IMG/VR virus record: IMGVR_UViG_3300036790_000408
Location: 32,001-96,000 of that record
Length of the DNA stretch: 64,000 nt
Strand: one strand, 5' to 3'
From: a virus
Both the position numbers and the translations under genes were made by a program. Positions 19,801-27,210 of this stretch are shown here, in pieces (within the stretch, counting starts at the first letter, position 1; each line of letters starts with the position of its first letter). Under the pieces are notes generated by a model, which ran no database searches, was not told the DNA's origin, and saw only the letters and a program-made list of their open reading frames with translations.

Positions 19801-22145
19801 TTCGTCAGCGTTCCGGTGACGGTGAAGGCGGTGTTCGCCTGCGTCGTGCCGATGCCATTCAGACTGATGGCTGGGGCCGACGCGAGTGGACTTACCAGCG
19901 TGCCGCCGACCGGCAGCCAAGGACCGTTCGGACCGGTCTCGTAGTACCACAGGTTGGATGTGTTTTCGTACCACATCTGGCCGCCGACCCAGGCGATCTC
20001 AACGACGCCGGATGTCACCGGGGCGAGGGTCTGCGGCTGATTGTTCGATGAGACGACAAGGGCTGTGGCCGCCGTCGTGCTGGCCGCCGTTGCGGTGTAC
20101 GTTCCGCCGCCACCCGAAGTGCCAACCTGATAAGTTAGCTCAGCGCTGAGCGTGGTCGGGGTGGTGTTGGTATCCTCGACCTGGAAATAGTGAACCGCCT
20201 GCGTGCCGCTGCTGATCGGGATGGTGGCAATGGTCCCGGTGCTGTCCCAAGTGATCCCCGTGTTGGCGCTGAATGGGCCGAACACCACGCCAGCGGAGTT
20301 GGCCGAGTACTGGAGATTGGCACCCTTCACCGGCACGTAATCAAAGGCGGCTTGGACATAGAACGTCTGGCCAGCGGTTTGCTGCGGCAGGCTGGCGGGC
20401 ACAGTGATCGAGTTGCCGGAAGACGCGGCGACGCCGAAGATCGTCCCGGTCGAGACGTTCGTGCTGGGATAAGATGCCGCGGCACCGAATACCGTCGCCG
20501 GCGCGTCGGCCGAGGTGAAGGAGAACGCGACCGATTGGCCGGGCTGCAGCGGCGTCGTTGCCGTCCACTCGATCCCATAGCCGCCGGCCGCCCCGGTGAC
20601 CGTCGCGGTCCAGCCGGACGGCGTGCTGGGCGTGGGCAAGCTGGGTAGGTAGTTTTGGCCCGGTTGCCATGCGTACCAATAGGTCGCAATCGGCACCGAG
20701 CCATTGTTCAGAAGCGTATCGACGTAGGTGTACGTCGATCCCGACAGGCTGTTCGTGATGTTCGAAATGGCACTCAGGCCAGAGACACTCGTCGCCGTGC
20801 CGACCAAGCCATTGATCGCGACCTGCGCGCCAGCCGTGATGGTGTAGCGATTGCCCCCATTGTCCGTCAGGGAGCCCGTGGTGCCGGTAAGCGTCGATTT
20901 GTCTGGCGATGGACCGCCGGCAACCGCAGCAACCGTATAGGCGCCGGATGATCTTTGGTTGGTGCCGTCCGAAATGACGGTCGTATGGCTGCCCGAGGCC
21001 AGGCCGGGATGGGAGAAGCTGAACGATGTCGTGGTGACGACGGCGCCGGCCGGGAAAGCTGTCGGCACGCCCGCGCCATCGTCGGCATAGGTCAGCGTTG
21101 GCGGCGAGTTGTACCCCGAAAGGACACCGCTCATGGTGAATGGTGTCGAAGCGGCCGGCTGCGATGGTGTCGCGACAATTATGGTGGGCGTGGCCGGCGT
21201 AGTGATCGTGAAATTGCCGGTGGTGACCGAGATCGCAGTGTTATTGGCGTCGCGCACCGAGATCGTGTGCGCACCCGCCGCAAGCCCAGAGGGATGCGTG
21301 AAATTGAACGACGAGGTTGTGACGGTGGCGCCGGTGGGCAGCGCAACATAGGTGCCGCTGTCATCCCGGTACTGCAGCGTCGGTGCCGTGGCGTAGCCTG
21401 AGATCGTGCCGGCGACCGCAAAGCTGACATTCGAGGCCTGATTGGTCGGCGTCGTGATGCCGAGCGCAGCCCCACTGGTGGGCGTCGCGGTCCACTGCGG
21501 GATCCACGTCGTGCCGTCTGTGCTAGTAAACAGCGTCGCCGAACTGCCAGGATCGTCGATGGTAACCTGGCCGGTGACAACGAGATTGGTCGTGTCGACC
21601 GTGCAAGCGACAACGTCAGGGTCAGTCGTGTGGATCGGATTGGAGTTGCCGCGCCAGCACATCCAGGCCTGGGTCGGCAGTGTCGGCCGCACCAAGGCAA
21701 CCGACGTACCCACCGCGCCAGAGGCTAGGACCGGATACGATACCTGTGCCGACTGCAGCGCTTGACCAGACTGCAGACCAGGAGCAGCGGTATCGTTGAT
21801 CTGAAACAGCTTGGCCGACGACGCGTCGTAATTATACAGACCGATGGTCAGCAGGGCGCGCGGCGGACTCGCGCTGGTGGTGGCGAGGGTAGCGCTGCCA
21901 TGTGCCGTGGTGGCAGCAACAAAGACCGGCGGCGGACCGGCGTTGTTAAATTGCAACGATGCGATTGAGGAGGGAATGTAGGAGAGGTATCCGAGTCCGC
22001 TATAAGCGGTATTGATATTCTCCGGACCTGGATTACCAATCGTAATAATGTTGATGTTCGCCGTGATGGTCTGAGCGCCCGCCACGAGCGTGGCTGGCTT
22101 TGGCACCGACAAGGTGAACGGAACGTATGTTATAGTCCCAGACAT
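13836..22145 (-). CDS. Giant multidomain virion appendage protein (Ig-like, FN3, SPRY, two GH-A modules, truncated GH26)
   Basis: 2769 aa; FN3 motifs (GLxxGTxYxFxVxAxNxxG); GH modules RLCWEDN...FCEFGG and RISWEDN...VPEGY; GH26 part RPFYRSNAGDFWWG...YPGNSYVDMTGLD. Confidence 0.8.
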   Translation of the reverse strand: MSGTITYVPFTLSVPKPATLVAGAQTITANINIITIGNPGPENINTAYSGLGYLSYIPSSIASLQFNNAGPPPVFVAATTAHGSATLATTSASPPRALLTIGLYNYDASSAKLFQINDTAAPGLQSGQALQSAQVSYPVLASGAVGTSVALVRPTLPTQAWMCWRGNSNPIHTTDPDVVACTVDTTNLVVTGQVTIDDPGSSATLFTSTDGTTWIPQWTATPTSGAALGITTPTNQASNVSFAVAGTISGYATAPTLQYRDDSGTYVALPTGATVTTSSFNFTHPSGLAAGAHTISVRDANNTAISVTTGNFTITTPATPTIIVATPSQPAASTPFTMSGVLSGYNSPPTLTYADDGAGVPTAFPAGAVVTTTSFSFSHPGLASGSHTTVISDGTNQRSSGAYTVAAVAGGPSPDKSTLTGTTGSLTDNGGNRYTITAGAQVAINGLVGTATSVSGLSAISNITNSLSGSTYTYVDTLLNNGSVPIATYWYAWQPGQNYLPSLPTPSTPSGWTATVTGAAGGYGIEWTATTPLQPGQSVAFSFTSADAPATVFGAAASYPSTNVSTGTIFGVAASSGNSITVPASLPQQTAGQTFYVQAAFDYVPVKGANLQYSANSAGVVFGPFSANTGITWDSTGTIATIPISSGTQAVHYFQVEDTNTTPTTLSAELTYQVGTSGGGGTYTATAASTTAATALVVSSNNQPQTLAPVTSGVVEIAWVGGQMWYENTSNLWYYETGPNGPWLPVGGTLVSPLASAPAISLNGIGTTQANTAFTVTGTLTNYTAIPTLVYEDNGGPAQSMPSGAQVTLTSFSFIHSGLAAGNYTLLVTDGVAKATISFSIAASSWTSLPAQSGLEATISGLLPGTSYDIEVYAINSVGQGPDSAILTVSTTQTIVTAVGVPTGVVSAGATTTAVNLVWLPPSGGAAPTGYNTQYSPTGMNTFTAGPSVTVSNAQITGLSSGTTYDFQVQAFNASGDGAFSTILTTATAATAPTVTGWQPTGASSTIAITNSNLTATAGGSSTVGASRQGVLSAQQISGGKAAFEVTLSGVSDSVAIGLVNSSFSLNTTELGNDANGLGYYPANVPASVATASVLGLPLWGVGVDLCYPGNGTAPDPTWIWFCQQFCTPRTCLVYPGAFDTQGNITYYTQSYINGWKADPYWNGTTAAIPGTLTKPCIPIYGLPLTTTDGTVTFASAAAHQNTAYFNNILTLWYNAGFKKIAVRLCWEDNYPTTPAGQDASPGSNYPAGSYCPWTFYGGGTAYANAFIAAWRAVAYDLKQHAASLGMDLTMVWGPTIISSDSIDWRDSYPDSVQTDGHGKLVDCLGPDFYFGNFWGDTTNLRSGYINQQPFTAGTVTSTGATQAQFGADEGSKWYWADWTDGYKAPLNPLTTPIGYQGGMSMYETFIFALQNGLAVMFCEFGGLDQYDGGTNPKGNLNNGLSFSGAANWANELTLAAYTRSRIDWFQDKTKNGIANGVFLQFSFWEGQGQAMLNTFATAFPELVANPDAGAGTGGGTIVTQAAIVPTTIRQNNAAVLTPSGNAPAADAAGAVVTCCVDDDAKLVWFTSPTMRAAYGSNAWNDSATANPATGTGGIPITVSGPLSICFSTGESGGVAVLNAGSGAFSFSGVPSTFPPWHGSTPTVTAPGQVTGLTVATGAQSITMPSSLPNQTAGQEFFVEFAFNYKPNISTLYFTPYDTTGNITYNGITFSPFTDTPPTGGSITWDSTGTIATIGWILGAAISHPVQVIDVQSSTVTIASQQVPVLVVAAAGNGGGTYTAAATAPSTAVGLSWTPPATGSGPYTYVVMQSPTGAAEYSVVGTTTSTSISLTGINQGITYDYVVYAANGAGDGADSALVTYTVPGTPQSPGVPTGLSVGAITTNSIALSWQPPSSGPTVTGYQVQFKTAASSAYTNYGSTTPGTSQVITGLTQGTAYNFQVLAFNSVGDSAPSAPAVTATTQSTITPPPSNTPAQTMLAKIQSSVQGIGSISGEYIGTGPLTPISAIQSADGQWLGLIGGDYWAPTGTGAAVTTFNANAITYWDAGGICTLSLSMPNPTTGGVCTDLSALTVADLLTSGTATNTALVNMLSQVATGLQALQTAGVVVILRPFYRSNAGDFWWGTQFLTAAQYVALWQYAWNYLTTSKGLQNILWLWTAQSPFSISTQTAARYPGNSYVDMTGLDLFTSTTTTVTPTDVITVSAIPDPTNGQTFSLTGTGTLPWTSAADVQISVGATKAFVSAQSAGYNVTLSGSNLIAVVTGIPTPAAGSYTAYMQDSGTGIASLGVAYTVNAAPATGGATSVAGLPYLGWGMELTYPGDETQGTQDLATVAIGNFTSAFCKPTNMLLYTGSFASSGAYNYGINGYLQTWNNYPAFNKTGLGFNLIPIAGLPLTTTDGVMTFASIASGSVDSVIQSYMQTFLTAGYKTIVLRISWEDNLPTTPGGQSAGSSQYGAAAVSNGGAAWGYYGGESEQSFATTISGLPTGQAAFADAYIKAWRRFAHVVQQFALANGMTIWKCWGPCLLQSGWFDPRLLYPDTASYQSADGWGKLVDVHGPDLYFGNKYAANTTNLKHGYDALAASAPFNGSFSTTGTAASVQAFFADIGSEYYAADFRGGGGSSQQTSYNSSPTTRLPWSGGWGTFESMVWALQNGCMWGVPEGYATEGDDLSVNGAGKNTGTNIYGAPGYPAATDFPNIPEAAAYLRKRITWFQSEAYNGIANGQCLWMSFWGSSAGIEMLKAFATEWPEFASNSGNNPLAGQAGVAFPTPN

Positions 22146-22160
22146 GCAGTTTCCTTCGTC

Positions 22161-22922
22161 CTACGGCGTTGGACGATACTGAACGACGTACGTAAATGGA
22201 GGAGTTCCCGACGCCGGCGGGCTCCAGTCCACGGTGAGGTCATTGTTGTCGGCTGAGACCAGGGCGAGGTTCAGCGGCGCGCTTGGGGCGATGGCTCCTG
22301 AGGCTGTCGCCACATTGGATAATGTGGATGACGCCGAGCCTGAGCCTGCGGTATTCGATGCAACGACGTAAAAATCATAGGCATCGCCCTGCGTCAGGCC
22401 GGTGATCTGCTCGGTTGTGGCTGAAACCGCCGAACCCATCGGCGAGAAGCTGTTCGCTCCATGCAGCGAGCCATAGACCTGATAGGTGAATGGCGTAGTG
22501 CCTGTGGTTGGTGCCGTCCATTGTAGAGTGACCGAATTCGGTCCTGGATTGCCGACAACGGCCACTGCGGTCGGCGCACTCGGCGCGAGTCCGGATGTCG
22601 TTGCCGACACGCTGGTGGATGCCGTGGTGCCGCTGGCATTCAGCGAGAGCACCTGGAAATTGTAACTGGTGTTCGACGCTAGCCCGAAAATTTGCAACGA
22701 AGCGACCGTGATCAGGCTGCCGATATTGTTCCACGTCGACGATCCGGAAACCTGCTGCTGCACCTGGTATTCGAATGGTCCACTGCCGGTGACAGGAGGG
22801 GTCCATGACAGTGTCAAACCGGTTGGGGTGACACTCGATATGGTCAGATTGGTGGCTGATCCAGGCACGACACCAAGGTCAGGCGTCGTCACCTGCAAGA
22901 TGGGTGACGTACTGGTTCCCAT
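22161..22922 (-). CDS. FN3-repeat protein (begins and ends mid-domain)
   Basis: Start moved to ATG 22922 preceded by AGGA; two complete FN3 repeats, an orphan N-terminal strand (MGTSTSPILQVTT) and a half FN3 at the end (...PFTYVVQYRPTP*). Confidence 0.75.
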   Translation of the reverse strand: MGTSTSPILQVTTPDLGVVPGSATNLTISSVTPTGLTLSWTPPVTGSGPFEYQVQQQVSGSSTWNNIGSLITVASLQIFGLASNTSYNFQVLSLNASGTTASTSVSATTSGLAPSAPTAVAVVGNPGPNSVTLQWTAPTTGTTPFTYQVYGSLHGANSFSPMGSAVSATTEQITGLTQGDAYDFYVVASNTAGSGSASSTLSNVATASGAIAPSAPLNLALVSADNNDLTVDWSPPASGTPPFTYVVQYRPTP

Positions 22923-22943
22923 AGAGGATTTCCTATATAAAAC

Positions 22944-22978
22944 GAGGCGCCGAGACCTGCCAGGGTCTCGGGCGCCTC
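22944..22978 (-). terminator. GC-rich hairpin followed by GTTTT on the minus strand (terminator-like)
   Basis: GAGGCGCCGAGACC-tgccag-GGTCTC(g)GGCGCCTC; 14-bp stem with one bulge. Confidence 0.5.
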
Positions 22979-23006
22979 TAACCACCAATCCTTGACGGAG
23001 GACTGA

Positions 23007-23561
23007 ATGGCTGTGTCGATATTACCATCCGCAGAATACCTGCGCGAATGCTTCCTGTATGATGCCGAAACCGGCAATCTGATTTGGCTAGAGCGCCCAA
23101 TGTCTCACTTTAGTTTGGCGCGCATGGCTAAACGAGCCAATACGATGTGGGCTGGTAAGGTGGCTGGATACAAACGGATCCAGGACGGAAGGACCGTCAT
23201 AGCCGTGAGTCTCAACACGGATTTATTTTTGGCACACCGCATCATCTGGAAAATGATCATAGGAGAAGAGCCGCCCCTGGAACTTGATCATGAGGATCGA
23301 GATCCAACCAATAACAAGTGGTACAACCTTCGAGTAGCAAATAGATCACAGCAATCCTGGAACAGGAAGCGCCACTTCGATAACAAGAGTGGAGCAAAGG
23401 GTGTTCACTGGTATCCAAAAACCAAGAAATGGGTAGCCCAAATTCAAGTTCACGGGAAGAAGATATTCCTCGGCTATCATCCCTCTATTGAGGGGGCTCA
23501 TAAAGCCTACGTGGATGCCGCAAAAAAGTATTTCGGCGACTATTGGTCAGACGGATCCTAG
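23007..23561 (+). CDS. HNH homing endonuclease with AP2-like C-terminal domain (antisense insertion)
   Basis: FLAHRIIW...LDHEDRDPTNNKWYNLR...N; SGAKGVHWYPKTKKWVAQI...KIFLGY; GGAGG RBS; AT-richer. Confidence 0.9.
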   Translation: MAVSILPSAEYLRECFLYDAETGNLIWLERPMSHFSLARMAKRANTMWAGKVAGYKRIQDGRTVIAVSLNTDLFLAHRIIWKMIIGEEPPLELDHEDRDPTNNKWYNLRVANRSQQSWNRKRHFDNKSGAKGVHWYPKTKKWVAQIQVHGKKIFLGYHPSIEGAHKAYVDAAKKYFGDYWSDGS

Positions 23562-24790
23562 AGGTTCGTTGTTACGACTTCAAAATCGTATTCCTGATCC
23601 GGAAGAAGATTTATTACGGTCACCGTAAGGGCGCTCATTCCGACGAACAAATTCTGCCAAACCGTTGTGCCAGTCTGACGATAGTTCACCGAGTACGTGA
23701 ACGGGAGAGTCCCGACGGTAGGTGGCTCCCACTCCAGCGTGACAGCGGTCGCCTGTACCAAGAGAGCGGAGAGGTCTTGCGCTGGCCCTGGCGGGATGAG
23801 CGCCGTTTGCACGGTGATTGGAGCCGACGTGCTGGCACCGGCCGAATTTCTGACGACGATCTCGAAATCATAGACCGCGCCAGGTGTCAGGCCGGTGATC
23901 GTCGCATTGGCCGAAGTGATGGTCGGGCCCGAATAAAATTGCGTGGTGCCATCGACCCGATAGAGCACGACAAAGGTGTACGGCGGCGTGCCGATCGTAG
24001 GGACGTCCCAGGTCAACGCAACGCTGGTGGTGCCAAGGATCTGCCCAGACAGGTTCAGCGCGGGGCCAGGAGGCGTCAGGCCAGTGACGGATTGCAGAGC
24101 GGCCTGGGATAGCAGCTTGACCCAGATCGTTGTGCCATAGGCCCTTAGGCGATTGAGCGTGTTGTTGAGGGCGTCCACGTCAGCCGCCTGGATAATGCCA
24201 AAGAAGTACCCCGGCACGTTCCAGTAGGCGGTTCCCCAGGTCAGAATGGGGTTGTTGGCACCGATCGCCGAAATCGATGGGGGGGTGGTCTCGATGTATC
24301 CTTGGTAGCGCGTGCTGCCGGCCCAGCGTGCCGGATTAGCAACCGTATCCACGCCCCAATAGCTGTTGGCTCCCCACCCGCCGGTATCGGTGGGGTTCCA
24401 GGGCTCCATCATGCGGGGCAGTTGCCCGGTCAGATCGATTAGAGCGTTTTGCAGGGCTTGTCTGGTTGCCGCGGGCTGGAAAAGCTGGGCAATGATCTCG
24501 GAAGCGAACGTGGCATCCGAGGCGCCGGCCGGTCGAGGAAGTGTGCCGCCGAGAAAATCGATTGAGGCCAGGTCAAGCTCGGGGGATGTCGCTGTGCCGA
24601 TCCGCTCAGCGCCTAGAGCGTACTGGATCTCCGATTGCACGAACTGAATTTGCTGCGCGACGGAAAGCAAGAGAGCAAAGACGTTGCCGGATTGCTTGGC
24701 ATCGTCGCCTGCCCATCCTCGGGGGAATAGATCAGCCAGGCGGTTGACGAATTGCTGCGGGCTGATGGTCGGTATCAGGGTGCCGGACAT
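23558..24790 (-). CDS. Baseplate wedge (gpI-like) protein fused to FN3 repeats
   Basis: Follows baseplate J; LDLASIDFLG..LPR...SD..F...I...LFQP.ATRQAL; two C-terminal FN3, the last lacking its final strand. Confidence 0.7.
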   Translation of the reverse strand: MSGTLIPTISPQQFVNRLADLFPRGWAGDDAKQSGNVFALLLSVAQQIQFVQSEIQYALGAERIGTATSPELDLASIDFLGGTLPRPAGASDATFASEIIAQLFQPAATRQALQNALIDLTGQLPRMMEPWNPTDTGGWGANSYWGVDTVANPARWAGSTRYQGYIETTPPSISAIGANNPILTWGTAYWNVPGYFFGIIQAADVDALNNTLNRLRAYGTTIWVKLLSQAALQSVTGLTPPGPALNLSGQILGTTSVALTWDVPTIGTPPYTFVVLYRVDGTTQFYSGPTITSANATITGLTPGAVYDFEIVVRNSAGASTSAPITVQTALIPPGPAQDLSALLVQATAVTLEWEPPTVGTLPFTYSVNYRQTGTTVWQNLFVGMSALTVTVINLLPDQEYDFEVVTTNL

Positions 24791-25932
24791 CAGTAATTGG
24801 TCACGCTGATCGACGCCAATGAGGTGCGAATTTCCTGTCCGGTGGCGGCTGCCAGGTCGGCGGACAGGCCGTTGATCGCCACGCTGGCGGGGTTGACGGA
24901 TGCCACGCCAGCCACGCCGGCGGCGGCGATGATTATCGAAGAGGCGTAGAGCGTATCGCCGGGCGAAAGAGAATTGACCGCAGTCGCCACGGCGTTCTGT
25001 ACCGCGACATTGACGAGCACCGCAACCGCGGTGCTGTCGAGATGGATCGACAGAACGATGACGGCCTGCACGGCGCTTGGAGCAGTGACGAATGGTTGAA
25101 CCGAGAACGCGCGCACCGCATCGACGGCGCTGAAAATGGAAGACAGCAGAGAGGCTGGGGGGTCGCCGGATCCATCGTCGGCGACCACGGTAAAGCTGCC
25201 CGGCTGCGTTGTGCCGGCTGGCGTGGTGTTTTCCAGGAGCGAGATCGAGAGGCCTTGCTGCACCCCCGTCGCGGCAGCGCGGATGGCGGCCTCGGTCGCC
25301 TTGGCTAGGGTGGCCAGATAGAGCACGAAGCGGCTGCGGAAAGCGGCGTCACTCTCACCGTCCACGCCGTCAGATATCGGCGCCGGGTTGGTGACCTGAT
25401 CGATCCCCGGCAGGCTGGAGCCGAACTGTACCAGGGTGTTTGTCAGCACATTCGACGCCGATCCACCGACGACAGCCTGGATCGTCGCGGTGACAACTGT
25501 CTGTCCGGCCGCCAGAACGTACCCGCCGGCGGTCGAGCTGTAGGCTGACTGCGTAGCGTCGGCGACCACTTGATACGTGATGCCACCGCCAACCGTCTGC
25601 ACGACAGTCTCGATCGGCACCACAACCTGCGTGCTGGACGGCTGCAGTTTGATGAATTGCTCCTGGCCGGCAGCAAAGGTCGATCCGAGCCGGACGAAAT
25701 TGAATTGCGCCATCCAGCTATCGAGGTCGGCGCCGGTCGCAGTTTGTGCGCGCGACATGAACACGACGGCTTGGATCTGCGCTTGTAGGAAATCCAATTG
25801 CGAGGCGACCGATTGCCAAAAGGCCAGGAGCACATCGCCATCGGAAAAGGTCGGTGCGGTATCCGTCTGCGCCGCCCAAACCGCGACCATGTCAGAAGTC
25901 AGGCCGCTGATCGTTTTGAGCGGAAGCGTCAT
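24790..25932 (-). CDS. Baseplate J-like protein
   Basis: ATGADLDSW...R, A..GG.A.NV, GVDGESDAAFRSRF motifs; position. Confidence 0.9.
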   Translation of the reverse strand: MTLPLKTISGLTSDMVAVWAAQTDTAPTFSDGDVLLAFWQSVASQLDFLQAQIQAVVFMSRAQTATGADLDSWMAQFNFVRLGSTFAAGQEQFIKLQPSSTQVVVPIETVVQTVGGGITYQVVADATQSAYSSTAGGYVLAAGQTVVTATIQAVVGGSASNVLTNTLVQFGSSLPGIDQVTNPAPISDGVDGESDAAFRSRFVLYLATLAKATEAAIRAAATGVQQGLSISLLENTTPAGTTQPGSFTVVADDGSGDPPASLLSSIFSAVDAVRAFSVQPFVTAPSAVQAVIVLSIHLDSTAVAVLVNVAVQNAVATAVNSLSPGDTLYASSIIIAAAGVAGVASVNPASVAINGLSADLAAATGQEIRTSLASISVTNY

Positions 25933-25941
25933 AGCAAGCCC

Positions 25942-26349
25942 CTAACCCGTCATAGCAATGGAAAGGGAGCCTTGCTGGCCGGTGATCAGTGTGACCGAGA
26001 CGTAGACCTGGATCGTGTCGAGAGCCGGCCGCGCCACCGTCACGTTTGGCACCGAACCGGGATCCACCGCGGCATCGGAGAGGCAGGCGTGCCGGATGCG
26101 GCGCGTAAGATCGGCGATATAGGCCTGGGTCGGGTTCTGGTCGATCAGTGCGCCGGCAGACAGGCCGTAAAACGGTGAGAAAACGTAATCAGGTGGTGTG
26201 GTCGAGCCGTCTGGTAATTGCACCGCGCTGTTGGTCAGGAAGTTCCTGATGATGCGCTCGCGCACCTGATCCCAGCCAATGGCGAGGGCCACTGATCCAC
26301 TGGGCGTCAGCACCAAATCTTGGTTGTACTCGAGGTAAAAGTCAGTCAT
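25942..26349 (-). CDS. Baseplate wedge/sheath initiator (gp25/gpW-like)
   Basis: DL.LTPSG..ALA.G...VRERIIR..LTN...DY.F.P.YG pattern; between spike and J. Confidence 0.75.
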   Translation of the reverse strand: MTDFYLEYNQDLVLTPSGSVALAIGWDQVRERIIRNFLTNSAVQLPDGSTTPPDYVFSPFYGLSAGALIDQNPTQAYIADLTRRIRHACLSDAAVDPGSVPNVTVARPALDTIQVYVSVTLITGQQGSLSIAMTG

Positions 26350-26352
26350 CGC

Positions 26353-27141
26353 TCACTCCGCGGTGACGACGCTAGTCATCGTGTTTGGGCCAGCCTGCTG
26401 ATCGGGTGGCGGCCCCTCACCATGCGTGTGACTGTTGAACAAGGCCTGGAAAGCGCTGGTGCACAACGTCAGCAGAGTATCGCCGGCGGCCTTCCCGAGC
26501 ATGATCGCTGTCGCAAAGACACTCACTGTGCCCGACGCAGCCATGATCGTGGCGTTGCCTTGATTGACCGTCAGATTGACGTTGCCAGTGTTCACTGTGG
26601 CTGAGAGCCCACCCTGGATGTCGGCGCTAACCTGTCCGGCCGCCCAGATTTGGATCGTGCCATCCTGTCGCAGCCTGATGAACGAGTTTGCTCCGCCCGC
26701 CTGCGCCGGAGGAGCGGAGATGATAACATCGCCCGGGGCGCCCGCCGTCGCCGAGGTGGAGAAGCCGTCCGACTGCTTTGGGAGGTCGGCATTCGGCGGT
26801 GTGATCCCGCCACCGTAGAACATGCACGGGACCGCGCTGACACCACGCTGTCGGTCGAACGTTGCGATCAAGACCTGCTCGCCCGCCGTCGGATTATCTA
26901 CCGTGGCGCCACCCTGATAGATGACCTGCACCCCGTAGCCGTTGCCGGCTGAGAGGGTGCCCATCGGCATCCATGGACTAAGCGTCGGTACTCCATCCTC
27001 ATTGGTCAACGACGGAATGATACAGCGCACCCTATGGGTCGCCGCATCATATGAGGCGATGTGGCCGTACCTGAATGGCGTTGCCTCCGGCTGCGATACC
27101 GCTTGGCGCATCATGTGGACGAGCTGATCGGCTGACATCAA
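26353..27141 (-). CDS. Baseplate spike (gpV/gp45-like)
   Basis: GHIASYDA...VR, SPWMP OB-fold, beta-repeat C-terminus, apical HTH(G) metal motif. Confidence 0.85.
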   Translation of the reverse strand: MMSADQLVHMMRQAVSQPEATPFRYGHIASYDAATHRVRCIIPSLTNEDGVPTLSPWMPMGTLSAGNGYGVQVIYQGGATVDNPTAGEQVLIATFDRQRGVSAVPCMFYGGGITPPNADLPKQSDGFSTSATAGAPGDVIISAPPAQAGGANSFIRLRQDGTIQIWAAGQVSADIQGGLSATVNTGNVNLTVNQGNATIMAASGTVSVFATAIMLGKAAGDTLLTLCTSAFQALFNSHTHGEGPPPDQQAGPNTMTSVVTAE

Positions 27142-27210
27142 TAACCCTTGCGGACGAAGAGGCCGTCTCCTACCTTCATCACCCTTAGCTTTTTAGATCG
27201 GTGGTATATT

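Noticed and set aside
10249-22145. Diversity-generating retroelement acting on fibres
   Set aside because: No reverse transcriptase and no near-identical TR/VR pair seen
22923-23560. Group I intron or translational bypass restoring the split FN3 gene
   Set aside because: HNH ORF is antisense and leaves only ~85 nt, too little for a ribozyme core; 638 nt is out of frame and far longer than known bypass gaps
19624-23564. Programmed DNA excision through the 11-bp and 6-bp direct repeats to rebuild one long protein
   Set aside because: Joining at either repeat shifts the downstream reading frame
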